IMG/VR virus record: IMGVR_UViG_2863389319_000001
From: a virus
Lineage: Duplodnaviria; Caudoviricetes
Reading direction: 5' to 3' (one strand)
Length of the DNA stretch: 64,000 bases
Under the pieces are notes generated by a model. The model had not been told where the DNA came from. It saw nothing but the letters and a program-made list of their open reading frames with translations, and did no database searches. The stretch's first letter is position 1. Every line of letters begins with the position of its first letter. The position numbers and the translations under genes were made by a program. Below are positions 54,174 through 63,781 of this stretch, one piece after another.

Positions 54174-54614
54174 ATGATGGATCAGAACCTCGACCAGGCG
54201 CTCGCCGATCTGGCGGCGGACATCGCCCGCACCGACGGCAAATCCTCGCTCTACCTAGCAGTCGACGGCGTCACCGTTGCCGGTCTCGCGGCGCTCGCCT
54301 CCGCCAACGTCCCCGTCGCAGGCCTGGTGCTCGCCGGCACATCCGGCGCCGCCACCGTCGCCGCAGCCACACTCGGGATCCGCGCCGCCCGGCCAAACCT
54401 CGGCGGCGACGATGCAGAGGGCTGGCCGCGCTGGGCGAAGGCCGAGCCCGAGGAGATCCTGGCCGACCTTGCCGAGGACCGGCGCCTGGCCAAGATCCGG
54501 AAACTGTCCCAGATCTGCAAGCGCAAGATGAGGCACCTGCAATGGTGTGCTGACTGCACGCTGGCTGGGCTCATCGCCCTCGCGCTCGCCGCCGTCGTTA
54601 CCATCGCCAGCTGA
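54174..54614 (+). CDS. Pycsar-effector-like (DUF5706) membrane protein
   Basis: DIARTDGKSSL, TM pair ending ARPNL, LSQICKRKM, terminal TM. Confidence 0.75.
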   Translation: MMDQNLDQALADLAADIARTDGKSSLYLAVDGVTVAGLAALASANVPVAGLVLAGTSGAATVAAATLGIRAARPNLGGDDAEGWPRWAKAEPEEILADLAEDRRLAKIRKLSQICKRKMRHLQWCADCTLAGLIALALAAVVTIAS

Positions 54615-54626
54615 TGGGAGTGACCC

Positions 54627-55253
54627 GTGTTACCGCGCCATCCCGCACGACGCCGTACTACCCGCCGGAACCGCCGTCGGCCCGGCCTCACCTCACCGCC
54701 CGTCATCCTGACCGCCGGGGTGCTCGTCGCGATCGGCTCGCCCCTGGTCGGGATCCCCATCCTGCTCCTGGCCGTCGCAGGTTTGTGGCTCATGAGGCCC
54801 GGCCGTACCCGGTACAGGATCCGCGCACCGCGCAGGCCAGCACGCATCTCTCGGCCCCGCACCGCCAGCATCAGCGGCTACCAGGCCATGACCCCCGGCC
54901 AGTTCGAACACGCGCTCGCGGATCTCTGCCGACGCGACGGCTGCACCCAGGTGCGCGTCGTCGGCGGAGCCGGGGACCTGGCCGCAGACGTACTCGCCAC
55001 CACCCCCGATGGTCGCAAACTCCTCATCCAGGCCAAGCGATTCGGACCCAACACCACCGTCGGCTCCGGCGATGTCCAAAAGGTCAACGGCACCTACCGC
55101 GACATCCACCACGCCCAGCTCGCCGCGATCGTCACCACCAACCGATTCACCAAAGACGCCGAAGCCCTCGCCCGCCGCGTCGGGATCCGCGCCTACGACC
55201 AGCACAGGCTCGCAAGTTGGGCGAGCCGCACCGGGCCCGCGCCCTGGCAGTGA
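54627..55253 (+). CDS. Mrr-like restriction endonuclease with N-terminal TM
   Basis: QFEHALADL...GGAGDLAADV...IQAKR...VTTNRFTKDA. Confidence 0.85.
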   Translation: MLPRHPARRRTTRRNRRRPGLTSPPVILTAGVLVAIGSPLVGIPILLLAVAGLWLMRPGRTRYRIRAPRRPARISRPRTASISGYQAMTPGQFEHALADLCRRDGCTQVRVVGGAGDLAADVLATTPDGRKLLIQAKRFGPNTTVGSGDVQKVNGTYRDIHHAQLAAIVTTNRFTKDAEALARRVGIRAYDQHRLASWASRTGPAPWQ

Positions 55254-55406
55254 CAAGCTGGTCTGCATGAACGACTGCACCGCCACCGGCACCATCCGCC
55301 TCGGCGACGGGGACATCGCCGTCATCTGCAACCTCGCCCCGCATCAAGGCGACCAACGCCACGACCTCGTCCACGGCGACTGGACCAGCACACCCGAGGA
55401 GTAGAC

Positions 55407-55850
55407 GTGACCGACGACCTGGTGGCGTTCCTGCGCGAGCGCCTGGACGAGGCTGAAGCCGTGGCCAAAAAGGACATTTGGGCGGCCGACAACGCAACCA
55501 CCGGCAACTGGCGCGCCCACTACGGCGAGAACCTGCCCTACTCGCTGATCAAAGCGGGCGACTCCGTCCTCATGCGCGTCGAGTCCGAGCAACACCAGGC
55601 CGACGTGCTGCTCGCCGCCCGCTTCAAGCCGGACACGGTGCGCGCGCGGGCCTGCCTCGTACTGGCCGAGGTCGAGGCGAAGCGGAGCCTCATCGACCGG
55701 TACGAGAACCACCGAGTCGCCCATGACCACCACGTCGGCGGCATCCTGACGAAATACCTCGTCGCCGAACTACGCACTGCGCTCCGAGCACTCGCCCTCC
55801 CATACCGCGAGCACCCGAACTACCGCAGCGAATGGGCACCCGACGCCTGA
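55407..55850 (+). CDS. DUF6221 family protein
   Basis: DDLVAFLRERLDE...VLAEVEAKRSLID...LRALALPYREHPNYRSEWAP. Confidence 0.85.
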   Translation: MTDDLVAFLRERLDEAEAVAKKDIWAADNATTGNWRAHYGENLPYSLIKAGDSVLMRVESEQHQADVLLAARFKPDTVRARACLVLAEVEAKRSLIDRYENHRVAHDHHVGGILTKYLVAELRTALRALALPYREHPNYRSEWAPDA

Positions 55851-55856
55851 CCGGAG

Positions 55857-55885
55857 TTGACAAACGCCCGGTCCGGGCGCAAACT
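55857..55885 (+). promoter_or_regulatory. Sigma70-type promoter with palindromic spacer
   Basis: TTGACA-N17-CAAACT; spacer holds CGCCCGG-T-CCGGGCG. Confidence 0.6.
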
Positions 55886-55911
55886 CCGTGATTGTCTGGA
55901 TCTTCTTGTCG

Positions 55912-55941
55912 AAAGGGTCGCCCAAGCGGGTGGCCCTTTTT
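55912..55941 (+). terminator. Intrinsic terminator/attenuator in the leader of the late region
   Basis: AAAGGGTCGCCC-aagc-GGGTGGCCCTTTTT. Confidence 0.7.
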
Positions 55942-55959
55942 GCATGCCCGGAGGTGTCC

Positions 55960-56241
55960 ATGGCCCGGCTCGTCACTGACAAGATCGCATCCCTCTACAC
56001 CGGCCATCCCGCCTCGAAGATCCGCCAGTGGGGCCTTGAGGGCCGCATTACCCGGTACGTCGACGAGTCGCAGCGCCGCGGCGGCATCCGCTACGACCTC
56101 GACGAACTGCACAGCGAGCGGCAGGACTACGAGGGCGGCCCGATCATTCGCGGCAAGACCCCGGCGATGCCGACGCCTCGCCGCGGCACCGTCGTGACGA
56201 CCCGCGAGTTGCGACTGCCGTACGGGCGCCTCGCCGCCTAA
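55960..56241 (+). CDS. Xis/MerR-like winged-HTH protein
   Basis: GGAGG RBS; TGHPASKIRQWGLEGRI...RYDLDEL. Confidence 0.7.
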   Translation: MARLVTDKIASLYTGHPASKIRQWGLEGRITRYVDESQRRGGIRYDLDELHSERQDYEGGPIIRGKTPAMPTPRRGTVVTTRELRLPYGRLAA

Positions 56242-56396
56242 GCTCCCGCCGGCCCGCACCCCCCGCGGGCGTCTGGCGGGACGGCCCGCGCGTCCCGAGG
56301 GTGGCGCGCGGAGCCCACGGGCCCCGGTGGCTGTCCGGCCGGACGAGAGCTGACGCCGGCCGCCGGGGCCCCACAACCCTCAAGGGAGGAGACGCC

Positions 56397-56765
56397 GTGG
56401 TCACCTGCCTCTGGTGCGGACGCCGCCTGCCCGCCGACTGGGACGGCGAGTACTGCTCCACCAGGTGTGCGCTCCTCGACGCACGCGAGGGGGGCCTGAT
56501 ATCGGACGCGATCCTGACCTGCCTGAACTGCCGAGCCACGAAGCCCGAACCGACCGGCACCCCGACCGACTTCTATCCGTCCGAGCACTGTGGCGAGTGC
56601 CCGCCTTGGTGCTGCGAGGACTGCGGGCAGATGTCATCGGCGGACAAGCTCTGCTCCTGCTGGATCGTGCTCGCTGACCTGCCATTCGCCGACGTGAAGG
56701 CCCTGTTCGCAGCCGACGGAACCTTCAACATCGGCGCCCCCGGCACACAAGGGACCGGCGCTTGA
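56397..56765 (+). CDS. Cys-rich zinc-binding protein
   Basis: CLWCG..YCSTRC, CLNC, CGECP, CEDC. Confidence 0.6.
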   Translation: MVTCLWCGRRLPADWDGEYCSTRCALLDAREGGLISDAILTCLNCRATKPEPTGTPTDFYPSEHCGECPPWCCEDCGQMSSADKLCSCWIVLADLPFADVKALFAADGTFNIGAPGTQGTGA

Positions 56766-56947
56766 CCTCGCACGATGATCCCGCCCGTGCCCTCGACGCC
56801 CCGTTCACGCTGCCCGACGACTGGGACCCGATCCCCGGCACCTGCTCCCGCTGCGGAACCGACGCCTGGCTGGGCGAGACCCGCTGGTGGCACGACAAGG
56901 AGCCCTGCCGATCGCGCGGGCGCACCGCCGACTTCCTGCCCGACTGA
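56762..56947 (+). CDS. Small zinc-ribbon protein
   Basis: CSRCG; TTGA coupling. Confidence 0.45.
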   Translation: MTSHDDPARALDAPFTLPDDWDPIPGTCSRCGTDAWLGETRWWHDKEPCRSRGRTADFLPD

Positions 56948-57145
56948 CCCTCATCAGGAGCGCACCCCCGTGACTTCCTTCACCGCCGCCTGGCCCCGCT
57001 CGCAACGCCGCGCCGCATCCCGCAAGCTCTCCCGCCAGTACGCGTTCTACAACGGCCCCGCGCCCCGCCACGAACCCGCCCGCGACCAGTCCTGCCACGT
57101 GCACCACCGGCAGGCACCATGCAAGCGCTGCGCCGAGGCCAAGTC

Positions 57146-57484
57146 GTGATCACCCTGGACTTCTGCCCAGCCACCCCATGCCCAGGCCACGACTGCCCCG
57201 ACTATCAGGCTCAGAGGCGCCGCGAACGCACCCTCGGACTGGCCTTGCACGTTGACTCCGGCCTCACCGCAGAAGAGGCGCAGGTCGAGAGGCTCCTGCG
57301 CCGGGCCCTGCAGTCATCGCATCCGACCACGTCAACGGGCGTGGCCCACCACATGCCGGACGCGCCCTTCCAGGTACATACCGTCGCTGCCGGGGACGGG
57401 TCCACGATCTACGCGGCCGTGTACTGCGGCGATCAGCCGGTCGATGAGCTCCTGGCCAAGTCGCCGGTCTATGTTGCGCCATAA
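57146..57484 (+). CDS. Hypothetical protein
   Basis: GTGA coupling with upstream small ORF. Confidence 0.45.
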   Translation: MITLDFCPATPCPGHDCPDYQAQRRRERTLGLALHVDSGLTAEEAQVERLLRRALQSSHPTTSTGVAHHMPDAPFQVHTVAAGDGSTIYAAVYCGDQPVDELLAKSPVYVAP

Positions 57485-57686
57485 GGCCGCCCGCTCTTCT
57501 GATCCGCTACGTCGCCGACGTCCACGACAACACTGGCTGCCGCCGGACCCTCCTCGTCACGGGAAGCATCCTCGTCGCGGCCATGGCCCCAGCGGCGTCG
57601 CCATGTCGGTCGACCGAGCCGCTGGCCGCGCCTACCGAAGGCGCCACCTCAAGCGCTAACCAACCCTCACCCTCAAGGAGTTCGCC

Positions 57687-57968
57687 ATGTCCCTCGCAGA
57701 CGATTACAAGGCGTTCGTCGCCAAGCTGAAGGCCGCTGAGAGCCACCTGGCCGAGGAGGCCGAGAGCTTCTGGCAGCGCCTCTTCGGCGACGGCAAGCAA
57801 CTCGCCGGCGAAGCCAAGCAGGACGAGATGCAGGTCGCGCAGGCTGCCGAGCCGGTCGTCGCCGAGGCGAAGACCGACGCTGAGAAGCTCGCCACCGAGG
57901 CTGTCACGGACGCCAAGGACGCGACCGCCCCGGCCGCACCCGAGCCGCCAGCCACCCCTGCAGCGTGA
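57687..57968 (+). CDS. Ala/Glu-rich small protein
   Basis: AAGGAG RBS; strong codon bias. Confidence 0.7.
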   Translation: MSLADDYKAFVAKLKAAESHLAEEAESFWQRLFGDGKQLAGEAKQDEMQVAQAAEPVVAEAKTDAEKLATEAVTDAKDATAPAAPEPPATPAA

Positions 57969-57999
57969 CCCGATCCGTCCCGGCCCGGGGAGGTAGCCC

Positions 58000-58368
58000 A
58001 TGGCGCTCCGCAACGTCGCCAACTGGGAACTCGCGGTCGGCTCCCAGTCCTCCCTGCAGTTCGTGTTCACCCAGCCGAGCGGCGCCCTCTACAACATCAC
58101 CGGGCTGAGTTGGGAGTTCAGGGTCCGCACCGACCCCACCGACACGTCCACCGCGCCCCTGATCGAGATCACCCAGACTGGGAACGCCCAGGGCCTGATC
58201 ACCGCCAATACCTCGGCCTCCACCGTGCTCCTCACGCTCAACCCGGCCGCCACGCAGACCATGGCGGCCGCCACCTACGCGTGGGCCCTCTGGTCGAACC
58301 CCGGCACCACGACCGCCACCCAGTGGGTCGGCGGCAGCTTCCGCCTGGACCCGGTCGTCCAACCCTGA
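58000..58368 (+). CDS. Beta-sandwich virion protein (BppU/LtfC-like adaptor)
   Basis: GGAGG RBS; Thr-rich beta pattern YNITG...TYAWALW; precedes tailspike-like gene. Confidence 0.55.
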   Translation: MALRNVANWELAVGSQSSLQFVFTQPSGALYNITGLSWEFRVRTDPTDTSTAPLIEITQTGNAQGLITANTSASTVLLTLNPAATQTMAAATYAWALWSNPGTTTATQWVGGSFRLDPVVQP

Positions 58369-58382
58369 CCAGGGGGTGCACC

Positions 58383-61300
58383 GTGACCACCGTTCCCCCA
58401 GTCGTCACGGTCACCGAGTCCGGCCCGGCCGTCACCGTCACACAGACCGGGCCGACGGTGACCGTCGTCACGCAGACGCCAACCGTCACGGTCTCCTCTG
58501 CAGGCGCCCAGTCCGTCGTGCAGGCGTTGCCTCCCGCGACGTACAACCCGGCGACGCAGACCATCGGCGTGACCGTCGGGACCACCGCGGGCACGGTCGC
58601 AGCAGGCAATGACAGCCGGATCGTTGGCGCCATCCAAGGCGGCGCGAGCGCTGGCGGAGACCTATCCGGCACGCTTCCGAGCCCGACAGTTACATCCACC
58701 CACCTGACCGCCGCGCTACCCATCGCACAGGGTGGCACGGGGCAGGCGTCGGCGACCGCGGCGTACAACGCGCTCGGCTCGGAGACCCTCGTCATGACGA
58801 CGGGCATCCCGGCGGTCGACGCGGGACTCATCAACTCGGCGATCTCGGCTGCGTCGGCGGCCGGCGGCGGCCGGGTGCGGCTCGGGAACGGCTCGTGGGT
58901 GCTGTCGTCCAGCATCACTCCGCAGTCGAACGTGACCCTGTGCGGGCAGCCGGGAACTACCGTGTCGATCAACTTTGTTGGCGACATCGTCTTCGGGAAG
59001 ACCACCGCCTTCACCAACTTCACCATCGAGGACCTGACGTTCCTCGGCCCCGTCAACAGCTTCCCGACCGTACCGACCCGCGCCCGCACCACCTCCGGCA
59101 ACGGGGCACAGACCGCCGTCTACCTGTCCGGCGACCTCGACTCCACCGGCACCGGCCAGGCGCAGCTGACGAACTTCATCTTCCGTAGGTGCACCGTCCA
59201 GAACTGTTCGGCGCTGCCGCTTCGGATCGGCGGGGTGCGCGGCGAAGTCCTCGTCTACGACTGCACGTTCATCAACAACCAGGACGTCGGGTTCATCTAC
59301 AACCAGAACGTGCAGTTCGAGGGCAACTTCGTCTACCAGTCAGCCGACAACGGCGTATCCGTCTCCCGTGGCAACAACAAGTGCGTTGTAGTCGGCAACA
59401 CCTTCGAGAACTGCTGCTACAACGGCATCTGGCTGTCCGGCTTCGACGACGGCAGCCACAACCTCGTCGACATCGGGCCGACGAACTTCGCATGCACCGG
59501 CAACACGGTGATCAACGTCGGGTTCAACGGCATCATGCTGGACCAGGCCCCCGCCAACGGCACGGTCACCGGCAACATGGTCACCCAGGGCTACTTCCGG
59601 GGGCCTTCGGATCAGGCATCGGACGCCAACGGCGCCGGCGTGTACATCGGCGGCTACCCCACCAGCGCCCGCAACTCCCCGACCGCGTACGCCACGAATC
59701 TGGTCGTTGCGGGCAACACCCTGTTCCAGTGTGCCCGCGCCGGCGTGTACATCACCGGTGCCAAGGCGATCACCGTTGAGGCGAACCAAATCCTCAACTG
59801 CGGCACCCAGTACCTCGCCGACGGCGCCACCGCGATCTCCTCCACCGACAGCACGAACAACGTCGGCATCCTGATCGACAACACCGCGACGAATACCGAC
59901 ATCGCGATCCGCAACAACACCGTCCTCGACGAACGCGCAACCCCCTACGGGAACTATGCGCTCGTCCCGCAGACCGCGAACTCGTCGTACGTGTACTGGT
60001 TCAACCACATGGCCGGACTGCGGAACCCCTACAACGTGCTGGACCACGACCCCAACACCCGAGAGATCTCCTCCACGATCCGGTTCGACGCGAACACCAA
60101 GTTCGCCGGCGGCGCCACCGCCGGCACATCCGGCGGCACCGGCACCATCTCCGGATTCGACATCAACGGCGCCGCAGGATCCGCACGCCGCCACCAGATC
60201 CTCACCGGCAGCGTCGTTCGCTGGGCATCCGGCGGATCCGGCGACGCCGAGACCGGCTCCAACATCGGCACGAACTGGGTCCTCAACGCCTACTCGGACA
60301 GCGGAGCGTTCCTGTTCACGCCGATCACCGTGAACCGGGCCACCGGCGCCGTCACCCTGTCCACCCCGCTGCCGGTCGGATCCGGCGGAACCGGCTCGGC
60401 AACGCAGAACTGGGTGTCCCTCGCCGGGGATCTCGGGAACACGGTCGGGTCGCCTCAGGTCACGTCCACACACCTGGCCAGCCCGCTGCCCATCAGCCAG
60501 GGCGGGACCGGGTCCGCCAGCCAGTCGTTCGTGAACCTGGCCGGTGACCTCGGCAACACGGTGACGAGTCCGCAGGTCACCTCGACCCACCTGACGAGCG
60601 CCCTGCCGATCGCTCAGGGCGGGACGGGCAGCGCAACGCAGAACTGGGTCGACCTCACGACTACTCAGACGGTCGGCGGGACGAAGGCCTTCAGCAGCGC
60701 GCCCAAGCTGCCAGGCGTCCTGGACAGCAACGGCGTCACGGTGCTCGGCATCACGGCCACGCCGTCCGCGGTCAACTTCGTCAGCGTACAGAACAACACC
60801 ACCGGAAACCGGCCCGCCCTGGTCGCTGGCGGCTCTGACACCAACATCGGCCTGACGGTCAAGACCCAGGGCACGGGCGCGCTCGTCTACCACCCCGGCA
60901 GCGACAGCACCGCAGCCGTCCAGCTCAACAACGCCGCCCAGACCAGCACCGCGCTGAGTGTCGACACCAGCAACGTGCGTGTCGGTATCGGCAAGAACAG
61001 CCCCGGCTCCACGCTCGATGTCGCCGGGACCGTCACCGCTACGGGCGTTGCCCTCACCACGAGCCCGACCGCGGGCTACGTGGCCACGTCCGACAGCACG
61101 GGCAACGCCACCTGGCAGGCGGTCGGCGTCAACGGGATCACCCCGGTCCATGCCGGCTTCACCGCGTTCGGCACCGGCGGAATGATCAACACCCTGAACG
61201 TGTCCTCAGGGACCCCCGTCACCATGACCGCCGGCACGATCTACTGGGCTGCCGTGTTCGTACCGTTCACCGTCACGCTCACCGGCGTTATGGTCAGTGT

Positions 61301-61631
61301 CGGCACCACCGGCGGAACCGACCTGTGGATCGGCTCCCTCTACAACTCGGCCGGCACCGTGATCGCCAACTCCAGCCTGGCGGGCACCGCCGCCGGATCC
61401 GCGAACACCAAGATGAAGCTCGCCTTCACCTCGACCGCGACCGTCCTCGGCCCGGCCGTCTACTACTGCGCGCTCCAATCCAACGGCAGCACCGCCAAGT
61501 TCCTCGGCTTCGGCAACGGCTCCGAGGGATTCGTCACCGGCTCCACCACCGGAACGTTCGGCACACTGCCGACCATCACCCCCGGCACCACATACACGGC
61601 CGGTGTCGGCCCGTTCGCGAACACCTACTGA
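58383..61631 (+). CDS. Right-handed beta-helix (pectin-lyase-fold) tailspike/depolymerase-like protein
   Basis: INSAISAASAAGGGRVRLGNG cap, repeated GN-x-x...NGI rungs, fibre repeats LPIAQGGTG. Confidence 0.8.
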   Translation: MTTVPPVVTVTESGPAVTVTQTGPTVTVVTQTPTVTVSSAGAQSVVQALPPATYNPATQTIGVTVGTTAGTVAAGNDSRIVGAIQGGASAGGDLSGTLPSPTVTSTHLTAALPIAQGGTGQASATAAYNALGSETLVMTTGIPAVDAGLINSAISAASAAGGGRVRLGNGSWVLSSSITPQSNVTLCGQPGTTVSINFVGDIVFGKTTAFTNFTIEDLTFLGPVNSFPTVPTRARTTSGNGAQTAVYLSGDLDSTGTGQAQLTNFIFRRCTVQNCSALPLRIGGVRGEVLVYDCTFINNQDVGFIYNQNVQFEGNFVYQSADNGVSVSRGNNKCVVVGNTFENCCYNGIWLSGFDDGSHNLVDIGPTNFACTGNTVINVGFNGIMLDQAPANGTVTGNMVTQGYFRGPSDQASDANGAGVYIGGYPTSARNSPTAYATNLVVAGNTLFQCARAGVYITGAKAITVEANQILNCGTQYLADGATAISSTDSTNNVGILIDNTATNTDIAIRNNTVLDERATPYGNYALVPQTANSSYVYWFNHMAGLRNPYNVLDHDPNTREISSTIRFDANTKFAGGATAGTSGGTGTISGFDINGAAGSARRHQILTGSVVRWASGGSGDAETGSNIGTNWVLNAYSDSGAFLFTPITVNRATGAVTLSTPLPVGSGGTGSATQNWVSLAGDLGNTVGSPQVTSTHLASPLPISQGGTGSASQSFVNLAGDLGNTVTSPQVTSTHLTSALPIAQGGTGSATQNWVDLTTTQTVGGTKAFSSAPKLPGVLDSNGVTVLGITATPSAVNFVSVQNNTTGNRPALVAGGSDTNIGLTVKTQGTGALVYHPGSDSTAAVQLNNAAQTSTALSVDTSNVRVGIGKNSPGSTLDVAGTVTATGVALTTSPTAGYVATSDSTGNATWQAVGVNGITPVHAGFTAFGTGGMINTLNVSSGTPVTMTAGTIYWAAVFVPFTVTLTGVMVSVGTTGGTDLWIGSLYNSAGTVIANSSLAGTAAGSANTKMKLAFTSTATVLGPAVYYCALQSNGSTAKFLGFGNGSEGFVTGSTTGTFGTLPTITPGTTYTAGVGPFANTY
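60357..60650 (+). repeat. About 2.5 tandem 117-bp (39-aa) fibre repeats
   Basis: LPxxxGGTGSAxQxxVxLAGDLGNTVxSPQVTSTH repeated; related copy near 58660. Confidence 0.75.
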
Positions 61632-61644
61632 CGGGAGGCTCCCA

Positions 61645-62172
61645 ATGCCCGTCTCCCGTGCCAACAAGATTGCCATCAATGCCCGTCGCGCCAAGCTCGT
61701 CGAATACCGGCGCAAGAAGATCCCCTACAGCCAGTTCTACGAGGAACTCGGCTACTCCTCGGTCAACGAGGCCACCAAGGACTTCAAGCGCACCCTCGAA
61801 GAGTCCATCGCTCGCCAAGACGGCAGCGTCGAGCTGTACCGCGAAGAACAGCTGCAGGAACTGGAGTACCTCGCCGAAGAGGCGCACAAGATTCTGCGCG
61901 AGGTGCACTACGTCGTCGCGACCAGCGGCAAGGTCGCACTCGACCCGAACACCGATCAGCCTCTGATCGACCACGCGCCGAAACTGCAGGCCATCGACCG
62001 GCTGCTACGAATCCTCGACCGTGTAGCCAAGCTCCGCGGCACCGAGCAGATCCGGGTGGAGGTGCTGACGATCGATGCCATCGACGCTGAGATTCAGCGA
62101 CTCTCCCGAGACCTCGCCGCTCTTGGAGACGAAGCTGGCGAAGCTCCGCCAGTTGAAGCAGCTGACTGCTGA
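61645..62172 (+). CDS. terS: Terminase small subunit (putative)
   Basis: GGGAGG RBS; N-terminal HTH, AIDRLLRILDRVAKLRG; directly before terL. Confidence 0.7.
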   Translation: MPVSRANKIAINARRAKLVEYRRKKIPYSQFYEELGYSSVNEATKDFKRTLEESIARQDGSVELYREEQLQELEYLAEEAHKILREVHYVVATSGKVALDPNTDQPLIDHAPKLQAIDRLLRILDRVAKLRGTEQIRVEVLTIDAIDAEIQRLSRDLAALGDEAGEAPPVEAADC

Positions 62173-63760
62173 CATCGAGGCGCGCAAGGCTGAGCGGCGA
62201 GCCCTCGGCCCCAAGTGGCGGACGCCCGGGGACCTCGCGAAGCTGATCGACCCGACCACAGTTCAGACGTCGGCACTCGACCTGATCGACCGCGAGCTGA
62301 TGTGGGCCTACTCGACCCCCGGGGCCCGGCTCGCAATCTCCGTGCCTCCGCAGGAAGGCAAGTCGAGCCGCGCAACGAAGGTCGGCACCCTATGGGCCCT
62401 CGCCAAGAACCCCGAGCTCCGCATCGCGATCGTCTCCTACTCGCAGCCGCTCGCCGAGGGCTTCGGCCGGGACATCCGAAACTGGATCGCCACCTACAAC
62501 GGTGACGAGGGCTCTTTCGACATCGGCCTGCGGATCGCCCGCGACTACGGATCCGCTAAAAGGTGGCAGCTCGAAGGGCACCGCGGCGGCGTCGTCTGCG
62601 TCGGCATCGGTGGCGGCCTCACCGGCAAGCCCGCCGAGGCGCTGATCATCGACGACCCGTTCTCGGACAAAGAGCAGGCCGACTCGGCCTACTACCGAGA
62701 GCGCGTGTGGGGCTGGTGGCAGGCCGTCGGATCAACCCGCCTGGCCCCCGGCGCGCCAGTAATCTTGATCAACACCAGGTGGCACGAGGACGACCTGACC
62801 GGCCGGTTCCTCGCCGCCGAGGACGCCCACCGCTGGCGGGTCATCAACATCCCGGCGCTCGCCGACCATGACCCCGCCAAGGGGCAGAGTGACCCGCTCG
62901 GGCGCGAGCCCGGCGAGTGGCTGGAGTCAGCGCGCGGGCGCAGCGCGGAGGACTGGGAGGCGATCCGCATCCAGGCCGGCAGTCGCGTGTTCAACGCCCT
63001 CTACCAGGGGCGCCCTTCGCCAGATTCGGGGAACGTGTGGCAGCGCCACTGGTGGCGCCGCTACTCGGTGCCGCTGTGGTCGCAGCACCCGATGCACCCG
63101 GACGCCTACCGGGTCGACGAGGCAGACGAGATCGTCATGTCCTGGGACATGGCCTTCAAAGACACCCGGAGCAGCGACTACGTCGTCGGGCAGGTGTGGG
63201 CGCGGCGCGGCGCCAACGTCTACCTCCTCGACCAGGTACACAAGCGGCTGAGCTTCACGGACACGGTCGCCGCGTTCAAAGCGCTCGTTGCCCGCTGGCC
63301 GCAAGCCACCGCCAAGTATGTGGAAGACAAGGCCAACGGCACTGCGGTCATCTCGACGCTGCAATCGAAGATCGCCGGGATCGTGCCGATCAACCCGACG
63401 GAGAGCAAGTACGCGAGGGCGAACGCCGTGTCGCCGTTCCTGGAGGCCGGGAACGTCTTCCTGCCTGAGAGCGGAATCGCCCTGTTCGACCCGTCGGAAC
63501 TCATCGACGAAGCGGCCGGTTTCCCGAACGCGTCGCACGACGACCAGGTCGATGCGGCCAGTCAAGCGCTGGCCCAGCTCCTCCTTGACGGCTCCGGCGC
63601 CCAGGCGTGGATCGCCTACGCCCGACGCAGGGCCGAGGCTGCCACCGCCCCCGCTCGACCGGTCGAGCCTCAGCAAGAGTCGACCGCAACGGAAGAGCCC
63701 GAAGATCCCGTCGCGGCGCGCCGGCGCGCCCGCAATGCCGCCCACCGCGCACAGCGATAA
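62123..63760 (+). CDS. terL: Terminase large subunit
   Basis: PPQEGKS Walker A, IIDDP, TRWHEDDL, SWDMAFK, EDKANG, FPNASHDDQVDA; start uncertain (62075-62123). Confidence 0.95.
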   Translation: METKLAKLRQLKQLTADIEARKAERRALGPKWRTPGDLAKLIDPTTVQTSALDLIDRELMWAYSTPGARLAISVPPQEGKSSRATKVGTLWALAKNPELRIAIVSYSQPLAEGFGRDIRNWIATYNGDEGSFDIGLRIARDYGSAKRWQLEGHRGGVVCVGIGGGLTGKPAEALIIDDPFSDKEQADSAYYRERVWGWWQAVGSTRLAPGAPVILINTRWHEDDLTGRFLAAEDAHRWRVINIPALADHDPAKGQSDPLGREPGEWLESARGRSAEDWEAIRIQAGSRVFNALYQGRPSPDSGNVWQRHWWRRYSVPLWSQHPMHPDAYRVDEADEIVMSWDMAFKDTRSSDYVVGQVWARRGANVYLLDQVHKRLSFTDTVAAFKALVARWPQATAKYVEDKANGTAVISTLQSKIAGIVPINPTESKYARANAVSPFLEAGNVFLPESGIALFDPSELIDEAAGFPNASHDDQVDAASQALAQLLLDGSGAQAWIAYARRRAEAATAPARPVEPQQESTATEEPEDPVAARRRARNAAHRAQR

Positions 63761-63781
63761 CCGCCAAGGGGGTCGCGCCAC

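Noticed and set aside
23841-55852. 9-bp direct repeat CGCCTGACC at both ends of the candidate insert (23841 and 55844)
   Set aside because: The same 9-mer occurs elsewhere (about 13125, 13688); it is a common Ala-stop context, too weak to call att or target duplication
59340-61151. Long antisense ORFs (also 8602-10305, 46905-48383, 52017-53306)
   Set aside because: Shadow frames of high-GC genes with recognisable products on the other strand
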